Part shown: piece by piece, positions 29,639-39,020 of the stretch
Layout of the letters: the number at the start of each line of letters is the position of its first letter
Position numbering within the stretch: position 1 is the stretch's first letter
Virus record (IMG/VR): IMGVR_UViG_3300037225_001468
Location: 53,742-117,741 of that record
Reading direction: 5' to 3' (one strand)
Length of the DNA stretch: 64,000 nucleotides
Source of the DNA: a virus
Program-made: the position numbers and the translations under genes
The notes under the pieces: generated by a model
The model's database searches: none
What the model was told of the DNA's origin: nothing
What the model saw: the letters and a program-made list of their open reading frames with translations, nothing else

Positions 29639-29994
29639 TGGTAAGACCAAAAACGATATTTATAGATATAGATGGAACTATTTTACATCATTATGGAGAT
29701 TTAAGTCAACAGATTACAAAAATTCCTATTGTTTTAGATGGGGTTAAGGAAAAATTTATAGAATGGGATAAAAAAGGATATATTATTATTTTAACTACAG
29801 GGAGAAAAGAAGCATTAAGAAAGATTACAGAAAAACAGATTGTGGATGTTGGACTTTTTTTTGACCAGTTAATTATGGGTTGTGGTGGTGGTGAAAGAAT
29901 ACTTATTAATGATATGAAGGTTGATTCTGATGTTTTTACAGCTAGTGTTTATTGTCCTAAAAGGAATAATGGCATAAAAATGTTAGATATTTAA
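29638..29994 (+). CDS. small HAD phosphatase (capsule-biosynthesis type)
   Basis: FIDIDGT, LTTGR, LIND. Confidence 0.75.
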   Translation: MVRPKTIFIDIDGTILHHYGDLSQQITKIPIVLDGVKEKFIEWDKKGYIIILTTGRKEALRKITEKQIVDVGLFFDQLIMGCGGGERILINDMKVDSDVFTASVYCPKRNNGIKMLDI

Positions 29995-30007
29995 TGTTTA
30001 CATTATT

Positions 30008-31510
30008 ATGAAAAAAGTATTATTAATATTTCCTAATACAGCAAATCGACCTTTTATTACTGCTGCTATACCCATTCTTGCTGGGATAGCAAAAGAAAAA
30101 TGTTGGGAATGTAGTTATTTTGATACTTCTAATTATCAAAAAGAGAGTGACTCTATTGAAGACAAAGAGAAGTTTGGGTTCTTTATGAATCATTCTATTG
30201 ATTTTAGAACAGGGTTTAAGTCATTTTCTGATATTACTAAAGACTTACAATCGCTTATAGATAATTTTAAACCAAATTTAATTGCTATAACTGCGATGAC
30301 GTGTGATTATGAATTTCTTATGACATGGTGGAGAGAGATTGATACTAAGGGGGCCATATCTACTATTGGTGGTTTTCATGCAACTGTTGCTCATACTGAA
30401 ATAGAAAAAGAGAAACTTTTTGATATAATATGTATTGGACAAGGAGAATCTGTATTTTGTGATATATTGGACAACATAGATTCTGGAACGGAATGTTTTT
30501 CAAATATTGATGGTGTTTCTGTATATAATAAAAAAGATAAAATTTATAGTGTTGGTAAAAAAAAGAAGTTACTTTCTCCGGAACTTTTGTGGAAAATTAA
30601 AACCGATTATTCGCTCTTCGATCAGAGTTATTTTCGTTTTCCTTTTGACGGAAAAACTATGAATCTTTTTCAAATAGATGCCGGGAGGGGGTGTCCATAT
30701 AGTTGTTCTTATTGTGGTAATAATAGTTTAAGACAACACTATAAGGGATTAGGTAAATATGTTTGCACTCGTCCTATGGAATCAACCTTTTCTGTTATGA
30801 GACAGATGCTTGTTGACCGTCAGGTTGATATATTTTCTTTTACTGATGAATGTTTTTTAGCGCGATCTTCATCTTGGATTAGGGTTTTTTTTGAAAAATA
30901 TAAAAATGAGATTTGTAAACCATTTATAATGCAAACCCGAGCCGAGACAATCACAAATGAAACACTTGATATACTTTCTTCTGTTGGCGTTATTTTTTTT
31001 CAAATTGGGCTTGGAGTTGAGTCGGGATCAGTTCGTATACTTGAAAAAATATGTAATCGTATGATTAAACCTGATGAGATTATTAGGGCTTATGATCTTA
31101 TGCATACCTATCCTAATATACGCACTAATGCGTATTTTATGTTAGGATTTCCAACAGAAACTAGAGAAGAAATATGGATGACTATAAATTTATGTAAGAG
31201 GATAAAAAGTAAGGTTAATTCAGCTTCGATTTATCAGCCGTTTCCAGGCCAGACTTTGCGTGAAAAATGTATAGAACTTGGGTATATAAAAGGTAATGAA
31301 AGGATGGAAAGCTTTACTGGAAAATCTGTATTAAAGCAGCCTCATATTACTTCAGAAGAGATTAGTGGGTTATGGAGAACTTTTATATTATATGCAAAAT
31401 TACCAGAATCGTTTTATCCTGATATTGAAAAATGTGAGAAAACGTATAATAAAGAAATGTTTGATAAGTTAATTGCATTAAGGTGGAATATAGAAAAGAC
31501 TGGGAGTTAA
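30008..31510 (+). CDS. B12-binding-domain radical SAM enzyme
   Basis: IGGFHAT, GQGE, RGCPYSCSYC, FTDECF, GVESGS, MLGFPTET, PFPG. Confidence 0.9.
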   Translation: MKKVLLIFPNTANRPFITAAIPILAGIAKEKCWECSYFDTSNYQKESDSIEDKEKFGFFMNHSIDFRTGFKSFSDITKDLQSLIDNFKPNLIAITAMTCDYEFLMTWWREIDTKGAISTIGGFHATVAHTEIEKEKLFDIICIGQGESVFCDILDNIDSGTECFSNIDGVSVYNKKDKIYSVGKKKKLLSPELLWKIKTDYSLFDQSYFRFPFDGKTMNLFQIDAGRGCPYSCSYCGNNSLRQHYKGLGKYVCTRPMESTFSVMRQMLVDRQVDIFSFTDECFLARSSSWIRVFFEKYKNEICKPFIMQTRAETITNETLDILSSVGVIFFQIGLGVESGSVRILEKICNRMIKPDEIIRAYDLMHTYPNIRTNAYFMLGFPTETREEIWMTINLCKRIKSKVNSASIYQPFPGQTLREKCIELGYIKGNERMESFTGKSVLKQPHITSEEISGLWRTFILYAKLPESFYPDIEKCEKTYNKEMFDKLIALRWNIEKTGS

Positions 31511-31515
31511 TATTT

Positions 31516-32193
31516 ATGTTTGTGATATCTTGTAAATATTCTCAAAAAAATAATTTTATTTTTAATTTAGTTAAAGATATAAGAAGATTTCACGAAACAG
31601 AGGAGATAGTAGTTGTTGATAGTAGTTCTGAAGATAAAAGTTATTTTGATGAAATTAGAAAAATGAATGTTATTATTGAAGATATAGAAAATAAAAATTA
31701 TGATACTGGAGCTTATTGGTATGCCTTTAAAAAATATTCTGATAGATCATTTTTTTATTTTTTACATGATTCAATAAAAATTAAAGCTAATCTTGATTAT
31801 TTAAAAGAAAAGGATTTAACTATATTGTGTTATTTTGATAGAAATTTAGAAGCATTTAAAAGTTTAAAAAATAAAGTTAACACTTTAACAGAATATAAAT
31901 ATGTTGATGAAGGAAAAGGAGTATTTGGGCCGATATTTTTTTGTAAAAATTCAATTATGAAAAAGTTATATAGTAAAAAGCTGGATGTTATTTTACCTAC
32001 TAATAAACACGAAGCAGCATGTATGGAGGCAATTTTTGGAAATGCTTTTGAGCAAGAGGGATATAATCTTCCGGAATGTTCTTTGTGTGGAGATGTTTTA
32101 GAAAATGAAAGTGTTAGTGGAAAATCTGGAACATGGCCACATAGGACGGGTTGGCAGTTCCCGGTAGAAAAGTTTTATGCTCTTAGACAATAA
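31516..32193 (+). CDS. putative GT-A glycosyltransferase
   Basis: IVVVDSSSED, NYDTGA, FLHDS; start reassigned to ATG 31516. Confidence 0.6.
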   Translation: MFVISCKYSQKNNFIFNLVKDIRRFHETEEIVVVDSSSEDKSYFDEIRKMNVIIEDIENKNYDTGAYWYAFKKYSDRSFFYFLHDSIKIKANLDYLKEKDLTILCYFDRNLEAFKSLKNKVNTLTEYKYVDEGKGVFGPIFFCKNSIMKKLYSKKLDVILPTNKHEAACMEAIFGNAFEQEGYNLPECSLCGDVLENESVSGKSGTWPHRTGWQFPVEKFYALRQ

Positions 32194-32201
32194 AGGTTTT
32201 T

Positions 32202-33185
32202 ATGGAAAAAATACATCAAATAGAAATTAATTTATTATTTTATAGAAGGCCAGTAGCTCTGCCGATTCATGCTTATTTTTTAAGTAAAATTAAAGAAGAA
32301 AATAAGAAAAAAATACAATTGAATATATTGGGACAAAATGGAAACTGGCCTGACTGTGAACCTATTTGTGAATTTCTTAGAACTAATGGTATTGATGCAT
32401 ATTATAATTTTCAATTTGGAAACTATATAGATAAAATAAAATTTGCTGCGAATACTCCATCTCCTCACTGTGTAAAATTAGATGAAGATTGTTTTGTCAG
32501 TAATCATGTTTGGGATTTTATGTTAGATAATGTGAATTTACTAGATAATGAAGATAATCTACTTTTAGCTCCTTGTTTGACAACTGGAATTCCTACTCAT
32601 GATTATGTATGTGAAGATATGTTCTCGTTAGAACAAAATGCTATACTGGATGAGATGAAGCGACAATCGAAATTCAAAAATATTTGGGGTGTAGATTATA
32701 CCTTTTTAGATCAACAAACTATTAATTCTGATAGATGGAGACCAAATGACTTTTATAATTTAGTAAAGACATTACAACATGATTACAAGGGTATACATCC
32801 AATAAGATTACATTCTGAAATAGTAAAGAAAACTAATGAATATTTTTTAGAAAATTTTGAAAAATTTGTAAATAAAACAAATTTATATGTGCAATCCATT
32901 GACTATAATACTAGACCTTATTTTTGTAATTCATTTTTTATTATAAGAACAGATGTTTGGAGAAGTATTATTAATGACAGATCTCTATATGTTGATCCTT
33001 ATGATGAAGTTCCGTTAAATCGCTATAGAGTTAGATATAACAAGAAGTTTTTATTTATTAGGAATTCTAATGGAGTGCATACTCTTTATGGGTGCAACGA
33101 ACCTTATGAACCAGGAATAGAGATTGGTCTTATTAGAGATATAAAAAACAGATTAGGCATTAAATGGGCTCTTTGTAATTACTAA
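32202..33185 (+). CDS. putative GT-A glycosyltransferase
   Basis: NYIDKI, KLDEDCF (DxD), KGIHP, YFCNS, DEVPLN. Confidence 0.6.
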   Translation: MEKIHQIEINLLFYRRPVALPIHAYFLSKIKEENKKKIQLNILGQNGNWPDCEPICEFLRTNGIDAYYNFQFGNYIDKIKFAANTPSPHCVKLDEDCFVSNHVWDFMLDNVNLLDNEDNLLLAPCLTTGIPTHDYVCEDMFSLEQNAILDEMKRQSKFKNIWGVDYTFLDQQTINSDRWRPNDFYNLVKTLQHDYKGIHPIRLHSEIVKKTNEYFLENFEKFVNKTNLYVQSIDYNTRPYFCNSFFIIRTDVWRSIINDRSLYVDPYDEVPLNRYRVRYNKKFLFIRNSNGVHTLYGCNEPYEPGIEIGLIRDIKNRLGIKWALCNY

Positions 33186-33189
33186 AAAT

Positions 33190-33510
33190 ATGAAAATCAA
33201 TAATCTTAAAAACTTTATACGAGGTTGGTTTATAGGAGATTTTAATCCTACCTTATTAAATACAAAAAATTTTGAAATAGCAGTTAAAAGATATAAAGCA
33301 GGAGACTATGAACCTTATCATGTTCATAAAATAGGAACTGAATATACACTTATTATTTCCGGTGAAGTTGATATGAATAATATTCACTATCAAACTGATG
33401 ATATTATTGTTACAGAACCAGGTGAATATACTGATTTTAGAGCGATCACTGATGCGGTTAATGTTGTTATTAAAGTTCCCTGTATAAAAGGTGATAAATA
33501 TTTATTATGA
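33190..33510 (+). CDS. cupin-fold protein (glycan-cluster family)
   Basis: RGWFIGDFNP, HVHKIGTE, KVP...DKY. Confidence 0.75.
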   Translation: MKINNLKNFIRGWFIGDFNPTLLNTKNFEIAVKRYKAGDYEPYHVHKIGTEYTLIISGEVDMNNIHYQTDDIIVTEPGEYTDFRAITDAVNVVIKVPCIKGDKYLL

Positions 33511-33977
33511 TATTTATATCTCATAGAGGAAATTTATTAGGAAGAAATGAACAATGCGAAAATCGTCCAGATTATATTGAAGTGGCTATTCAAAAAGGAT
33601 TTTATGTAGAAATAGATTTAAGAGTAATAGATAGTAAACTACTATTAGGTCACGATGGCCCTCAGTATGAGATAAATAATGAGTTTTTACAAAATAAAAA
33701 ATTATATATTCACGCTAAAAACGATGAAGCATTACAGTGGCTAAATAAAACTAATTTACATTATTTTTGGCATCAAAATGATGATTATACTTTAACTTCT
33801 AAAAGAATAGTTTGGGTTTATCCTAATAAAAAACTTTTGATAAATTCTATAGTAGTTATGCCAGAAAACGGTCAGTATTCAGAAGAAGATATAAATAAAT
33901 GTTTTGGTATATGCTCTAATGATATAGAAAAGTATTTTTTTAGATTTGCTATAAAAAATGACGATGATATAATATAG
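33507..33977 (+). CDS. GDPD/PLC-like phosphodiesterase
   Basis: ISHRGN, EN, VEIDL, LGHD, HAKN, FWHQNDDYTLTS, GICS. Confidence 0.75.
   Translation: MIFISHRGNLLGRNEQCENRPDYIEVAIQKGFYVEIDLRVIDSKLLLGHDGPQYEINNEFLQNKKLYIHAKNDEALQWLNKTNLHYFWHQNDDYTLTSKRIVWVYPNKKLLINSIVVMPENGQYSEEDINKCFGICSNDIEKYFFRFAIKNDDDII
33946..33973 (+). promoter_or_regulatory. putative sigma70-type promoter with extended -10
   Basis: TTGCTA-N16-TATAAT with TGn directly before the -10. Confidence 0.45.
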
Positions 33978-33996
33978 TGATCTGGAGAGTTAAAGT

Positions 33997-34875
33997 ATGA
34001 CAAATAATAGTATCAAACTTAGTGTATACGGGTGTGGTTTCGTTGGACAGGCAATTATTCGTGGTTTTAATTTATATGCTGACGTAAAAGCATATGATAT
34101 TGATCCAAAAAGATGCGTAAACACATTTGAAGAAACTATTATGTGTGATTTTGTTTTTTTGTGTTTGCCTACTCCTATGGTATCAGTCGAGGGTGGAGAA
34201 TGTAATCTTTCTATTATTTATGATTGTTTTGAAAAGATAAATAGTTTTCATAAAGAACATCCAGAATTATCAAGAGAAATAAATCCTATTTATATTATAA
34301 AATCAACAGTTCCTATTGGAACTACTAGAAAACTTACTGAAAAATATATAAACTTAAATATTATTCATAGTCCTGAGTTTTTAACGGCACGATGTGCTAA
34401 TCTGGATTTTGTTGTTCCGGCAAGAAATATAGTTGGAGGAAACAATTTACAATCAGTAAATAAATTAGCCAATTTGTATAAAGAAAGATTTCCTGGTGTT
34501 TTATGTTTAACTATGTCTTCAGATGAGTCTGAAGCAGTTAAATATGCTGCTAATTGTTTTTTTGCTACAAAAGTAATGTTTTTTAATGAGATGAAACTTA
34601 TATCTGATAAGTTAAAATTAAACTGGAACAATATTATTGAAGGAGTAATGTCCGATGGAAGAATAGCAAAATCACATTATCAAGTTCCGGGACACGATGG
34701 AGATGCGGGTTTCGGTGGACTTTGTTTCAGTAAAGACATAAATGCTTTAATAGCAACATTTTGTGAGAATGGATTAGATCCAAAAGTATTAAAAGCGGTT
34801 TGGGAACAAAATAAAAAAGTGCGTAAAAATTGGGATTGGGCAACAAGCAAATCAGCAGTAATGGAGAAAAAATAA
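33997..34875 (+). CDS. UDP-glucose/GDP-mannose dehydrogenase family, short form
   Basis: GCGFVG, CLPTP, IKSTVPIG, SPEFL, KYAANCFFATKV, FGGLCFSKD. Confidence 0.9.
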   Translation: MTNNSIKLSVYGCGFVGQAIIRGFNLYADVKAYDIDPKRCVNTFEETIMCDFVFLCLPTPMVSVEGGECNLSIIYDCFEKINSFHKEHPELSREINPIYIIKSTVPIGTTRKLTEKYINLNIIHSPEFLTARCANLDFVVPARNIVGGNNLQSVNKLANLYKERFPGVLCLTMSSDESEAVKYAANCFFATKVMFFNEMKLISDKLKLNWNNIIEGVMSDGRIAKSHYQVPGHDGDAGFGGLCFSKDINALIATFCENGLDPKVLKAVWEQNKKVRKNWDWATSKSAVMEKK

Positions 34876-34922
34876 ATAATAGATAAACTGATGAATTGTG
34901 AAAAAATAGTAAGACCATCTAA

Positions 34923-35090
34923 TATGGGAAAGAATACACATTAGAAACAATAAATAAAATAAGATTATGGACAAAAATATAAAGGTATTGTTTTCCATAA
35001 ATTAAATTGTAAGTGGACTGCACATATAACTATAAATAAAAAAGATTGTATTTAGGGATTTTTCTCACAGAAAAAGAGGTTTATAAAAAA
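34923..35090 (+). pseudogene. eroded homing-endonuclease remnant (NUMOD3-like + AP2-like DNA-binding segments)
   Basis: Frame-broken YGKEYTLETINKIR, KYKGIVFHKLNCKWTAHITINKK and RLYLGIFLTEKE. Confidence 0.65.
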
Positions 35091-35151
35091 AAGATTAAAA
35101 TATATTATTGATAATAATTTAAACAAAAATATATATTTGTAAAGTGATATT

Positions 35152-35829
35152 ATGGTAGAATTTCTTTTTAAATTTCCAACAAAATCTCGTCCTGTTAAAT
35201 TTAAGAACACTTTAGAGAAATATTATTCTTTTTTGTCTAATAAATATAGTTATAAATTTGTTATTACTATGAATAATAATGATGGAACAATGGATAATAG
35301 AAGTATGATAAATTATTTAGAGTCTAAACCTAATTTAGATTTTTATTATGAAAGAATAATGTCAAAAGTGCAAGCTATAAATGCTAATATAGATAAATAT
35401 AATGATTTTAATATTATTTGCCTATTGAGCGATGATATGATTCCGGTCGTTCCTGGATTTGATGAAATAATATTTGAAAATATGTTAAAGTATTCTAAAG
35501 ATTTTGATATTGCTTTACATTTTAATGATGGAAGAGTTGGACAAAAATTAAATACATTGTCTATTATGGGAAAAAAATTATATGACTATTTTGGATACAT
35601 ATATCACCCAGATTATACATCTTTATGGTGTGATAATGAATTTCATGATGTTACATATGCTATGAATAAGGCTGTTTATATAGATCAAGTCATAATAAAA
35701 CATGAGTGGATAAAATATACAGGCAGAGATATGTTAAATGTAGAAAATGAAAAATTTTACAAAAGAGACAAAGAAATATATTTAAAGCGTAAAGAGATAA
35801 ATTTTAATAAAGATATTAGAATATCATGA
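35152..35829 (+). CDS. GT-A glycosyltransferase-like
   Basis: KFPTKSRP, SKVQAIN, LSDDM, FNDG, YTSLWCDNE, IKHEW. Confidence 0.7.
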   Translation: MVEFLFKFPTKSRPVKFKNTLEKYYSFLSNKYSYKFVITMNNNDGTMDNRSMINYLESKPNLDFYYERIMSKVQAINANIDKYNDFNIICLLSDDMIPVVPGFDEIIFENMLKYSKDFDIALHFNDGRVGQKLNTLSIMGKKLYDYFGYIYHPDYTSLWCDNEFHDVTYAMNKAVYIDQVIIKHEWIKYTGRDMLNVENEKFYKRDKEIYLKRKEINFNKDIRIS

Positions 35830-35852
35830 ATAGTGAGTATTTATAATATAAA

Positions 35853-36164
35853 ATGGCAAAATCAAAAAGTAAAATTCGTAAAAAGAGAAAAAATAATATG
35901 CCTATAGTTTTAGATATGGATGATTTATATAAAATATTAAATAAGGTTCAAATTGATAATGAAGAGCAAATTTTTGAGTTAAATGATTTTTCACTAATTC
36001 CTCAAGTAGAAAATATTATTAAGGACTCAACCTTGAGATTTAAGAAAAATATTAAAAAAAGTAAAGTAATATTTTCTATTTCTCCAGGAGAGCATGAGTT
36101 TTGTAAAGAAATAGAACTTGATATATTGGAAGATGAGATTCCAGATGAGAGTTTTCTTTTATAA
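35853..36164 (+). CDS. hypothetical protein
   Basis: 103-aa ORF, basic N-terminus and acidic C-terminus. Confidence 0.6.
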   Translation: MAKSKSKIRKKRKNNMPIVLDMDDLYKILNKVQIDNEEQIFELNDFSLIPQVENIIKDSTLRFKKNIKKSKVIFSISPGEHEFCKEIELDILEDEIPDESFLL

Positions 36165-36166
36165 AA

Positions 36167-36195
36167 TTGACATTTTTAATAACTTTTGATATAAT
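36167..36195 (+). promoter_or_regulatory. consensus sigma70/sigmaA promoter
   Basis: TTGACA-N17-TATAAT with TGn extension, followed by an AAGGAG RBS. Confidence 0.85.
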
Positions 36196-36219
36196 AGAGT
36201 AATCCTCAAGGAGAGAATA

Positions 36220-36612
36220 ATGAAATTTGAAGATATTGTAAAAGATATTTGTGGAAATGAGTGGCAAGAAGATATAGACAGTAAAAATGGAGGATATGCT
36301 ATTGCTATGATATTGTCTTTTATGACAGGACAATCTCCTACTTTAAGTGATTTATCAAAAGACATTGGAATTGACAGAGAAGAATTGGATGAAGTTTATC
36401 AGAGGCTTTTGACGACGGGTATGTTTTCTAAAAATTTTGATGCTAAAAGTGATTTAGAATTACTTGGAAAAGATTTTAGTAAAACTTCTAAAATAAATAA
36501 AAATAATAAATTATGGACAAAAAATAGCGCATATCGTAATGCTTGGTGTCATATAGCAGGAATAGGTTCAGGTTATATTGATCGTAATATAGATAAGAAG
36601 AAAATGAAATGA
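36220..36612 (+). CDS. hypothetical protein, possible winged HTH
   Basis: PTLSDLSKDIGIDREELDEVYQRLLTTG. Confidence 0.6.
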   Translation: MKFEDIVKDICGNEWQEDIDSKNGGYAIAMILSFMTGQSPTLSDLSKDIGIDREELDEVYQRLLTTGMFSKNFDAKSDLELLGKDFSKTSKINKNNKLWTKNSAYRNAWCHIAGIGSGYIDRNIDKKKMK

Positions 36613-36711
36613 ATAAAATAATTATATTCCTAATGAATAATCAAATGTTTTTATGTGAATTTTTAATAAATTTTATTATTATAAATAGTATAAATTGAAA
36701 AGGAGAAAACT

Positions 36712-37023
36712 GTGTTACAAACAGATAAGTCTCATAAATTAGTTCTCGCTACTGAATTTCAATTATACTGGAATGATATTGGACAATTTTTGAATAAATA
36801 CGGAAAATATATTGAAAGTTTTTCAATGAATACTAAAGATTATTTGTGTCATGTAGCTATGTTGGTATATCCAGCCACAAAGAGAAAAACATTTCGAGAA
36901 GAAGTTTTAAGATTAATGGATGAAGTAAATAATGATAAAGATTTGAAACTTGGTATTTTGGGAATGAAGAAAAGAAAAGAAAGAAACAGATATTTTTGGG
37001 ATTTTATTTTGTATATTAAATAA
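36712..37023 (+). CDS. hypothetical protein
   Basis: GTG start after AAGGAG. Confidence 0.6.
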   Translation: MLQTDKSHKLVLATEFQLYWNDIGQFLNKYGKYIESFSMNTKDYLCHVAMLVYPATKRKTFREEVLRLMDEVNNDKDLKLGILGMKKRKERNRYFWDFILYIK

Positions 37024-37031
37024 GGAAACTT

Positions 37032-39020
37032 ATGGCTAAATATTTAGTAATAATAGAAGCACCTGGTAAAATAAAGAAAATACAATCATTTTTAGGATCC
37101 GAGTTTGAAGTGGTGGCGACGAAGGGCCATATAAAAGATTTGCCAGAAAAAGAACTTGGCATAGATATAAAAAATGATTTTACTCCTACATATGAAGTGT
37201 ATAGCGATAAAAAATCATTAGCAGAAAGTATTACATCTAAAGCAAAGAAAAGTGATATTGTTTATTTATTTACCGACTTAGATCGAGAAGGCGAGCAAAT
37301 TGCTAATTTGGTATCTACACTTTTACCAAAAGGGACTGTCTATAAACGTATAAAATCAAACTCTATTACTAAAGAAGCTGTTCTTAAAGCAATGGATAAT
37401 GCTGGTGATATAGATGAAGATTTAGTAAATGCGGCAGAAACACGTAGATTGATTGATCGTTTAGTTGGCTATAAGTCTTCTTATGTAGTAAAACAATCAA
37501 CTGGAGGTATATCGGCCGGAAGAACACAGAGTGCTGGGTTAAGGATTTTAGCAGAGTTAGAAAAACTAATAAAAGATTTCGTTCCAGTTATTTATTGGCC
37601 TATTGAAGCTGAACTTTTGACAGAGAAAAAAGAAAAGATTATCGCAATAATAAAATCTCCTAAACCTTTAGATATATCAACTAAAGAAGAGGCAGATAAA
37701 ATTATTGCTATATTCAAAAAGGGTCCAATAAAAGTTTCTTCTTATGATGTTAAAAATGTTTCTGTGAAACCATATGGACCTTTTACTACGTCATCTTTAC
37801 AGCAGGCGGCTTCGAGTATATTAGGATTTAGTCCTGATAAAACAATGAGTGTTGCTCAGTCTTTATATCAGGCTGGAACAATAACTTATCACAGAACTGA
37901 CTCAACTAATATAATACCAGAAATGATATCCAATATACGTTCTTATATTAGTGATAACTTTGACAAGAAGTATTTGCCAAATAAGGCAAACATTTATGCT
38001 TCTAAAGTAAAGAATGCTCAAGAAGCTCATGAGGCAATAAGACCAACTGACATTTCGATTAAAGAATGTTCTGGATCGGGATATGATGAAGCAAAACTTT
38101 ACAAATTGATATGGCAAAGAACTATTGCTTATCAAATGAGCAATGCTGAATACGAAAGAAGAAGTGTAGAGTTTTCTTGTGATAAATATGTTTTATCAGC
38201 AAATGGTAGTAAAGAATTGTTTGATGGTTTTAGGAAGGTTTGGGATTACAGTAGCTCAGAAGACAAGTTTTTGCCTGATTTGAAGGTCGGAGATATTGTT
38301 TACGGGTTAGAGTTTAAGACAGAAGAAAGACAAACAAGTCCTCCTTCGAGATATTCTGAAGCTTCTTTTATTAAAGAATTGGAGAATAGAGGAATAGGAA
38401 GACCTGCTACCTTTGCGTCTATTCCAAAAACTCTTAAAGATAGGACTTATATTGATATTAAAAATAAATCTATTTTAGTGACCGATTTAGGAATGAAAGT
38501 GAATGAATTTTTAGTGACTTCTAAGTTTTGTTTTGTAGATTTAGATTTTACACAGCAAATGGAAGAGAAATTAGATGAAATATCTAATGGAAAACTGGCA
38601 AAACTTAGTGTATTGACTGAATTTTGGACAAGATTAAAATCAGATTTAGATAATGCTAAGATAGTGAAGAACCAAGCGAGTATAACTAACTTTGATTGTC
38701 CAAAATGTAAAGCCAAGTTGGTGAAAAAACATTCTAAATTTGGTCCGTTTTTAGGATGTTCGAATTACGGAAACAAAGAGCATCCATGTGATTATGTTGC
38801 CAAAATAGATAAAGAAGGTAATCCGGTAGAAAAAACAGAAGAAAAGAAAGAAGTTGAATATAGTAATTTTAAGTGTGAAAATTGTGATGAAAAATTGATT
38901 GTAAGACAGGGTAAGAAAGGAAAATACTTAGGATGTAAAAACTTTTATAAAGAAAAAAAATGTTGTGGTTTTTATGATGCTACAACTGGTGAAAAATTTG
39001 TTTTCAAAAAGAAAAAATAA
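37032..39020 (+). CDS. topA: DNA topoisomerase I (type IA) with two C-terminal Zn ribbons
   Basis: IIEAPGK, DLDREGE, SAGRTQS, ITYHRTDS, QEAHEAIRPT, GIGRPAT, CPKC/CENC. Confidence 0.97.
   Translation: MAKYLVIIEAPGKIKKIQSFLGSEFEVVATKGHIKDLPEKELGIDIKNDFTPTYEVYSDKKSLAESITSKAKKSDIVYLFTDLDREGEQIANLVSTLLPKGTVYKRIKSNSITKEAVLKAMDNAGDIDEDLVNAAETRRLIDRLVGYKSSYVVKQSTGGISAGRTQSAGLRILAELEKLIKDFVPVIYWPIEAELLTEKKEKIIAIIKSPKPLDISTKEEADKIIAIFKKGPIKVSSYDVKNVSVKPYGPFTTSSLQQAASSILGFSPDKTMSVAQSLYQAGTITYHRTDSTNIIPEMISNIRSYISDNFDKKYLPNKANIYASKVKNAQEAHEAIRPTDISIKECSGSGYDEAKLYKLIWQRTIAYQMSNAEYERRSVEFSCDKYVLSANGSKELFDGFRKVWDYSSSEDKFLPDLKVGDIVYGLEFKTEERQTSPPSRYSEASFIKELENRGIGRPATFASIPKTLKDRTYIDIKNKSILVTDLGMKVNEFLVTSKFCFVDLDFTQQMEEKLDEISNGKLAKLSVLTEFWTRLKSDLDNAKIVKNQASITNFDCPKCKAKLVKKHSKFGPFLGCSNYGNKEHPCDYVAKIDKEGNPVEKTEEKKEVEYSNFKCENCDEKLIVRQGKKGKYLGCKNFYKEKKCCGFYDATTGEKFVFKKKK

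Noticed and set aside
36680-36687. T4-type late promoter TATAAATA (also at 35031)
   Set aside because: Expected by chance at this AT content; no gp55-like sigma in view
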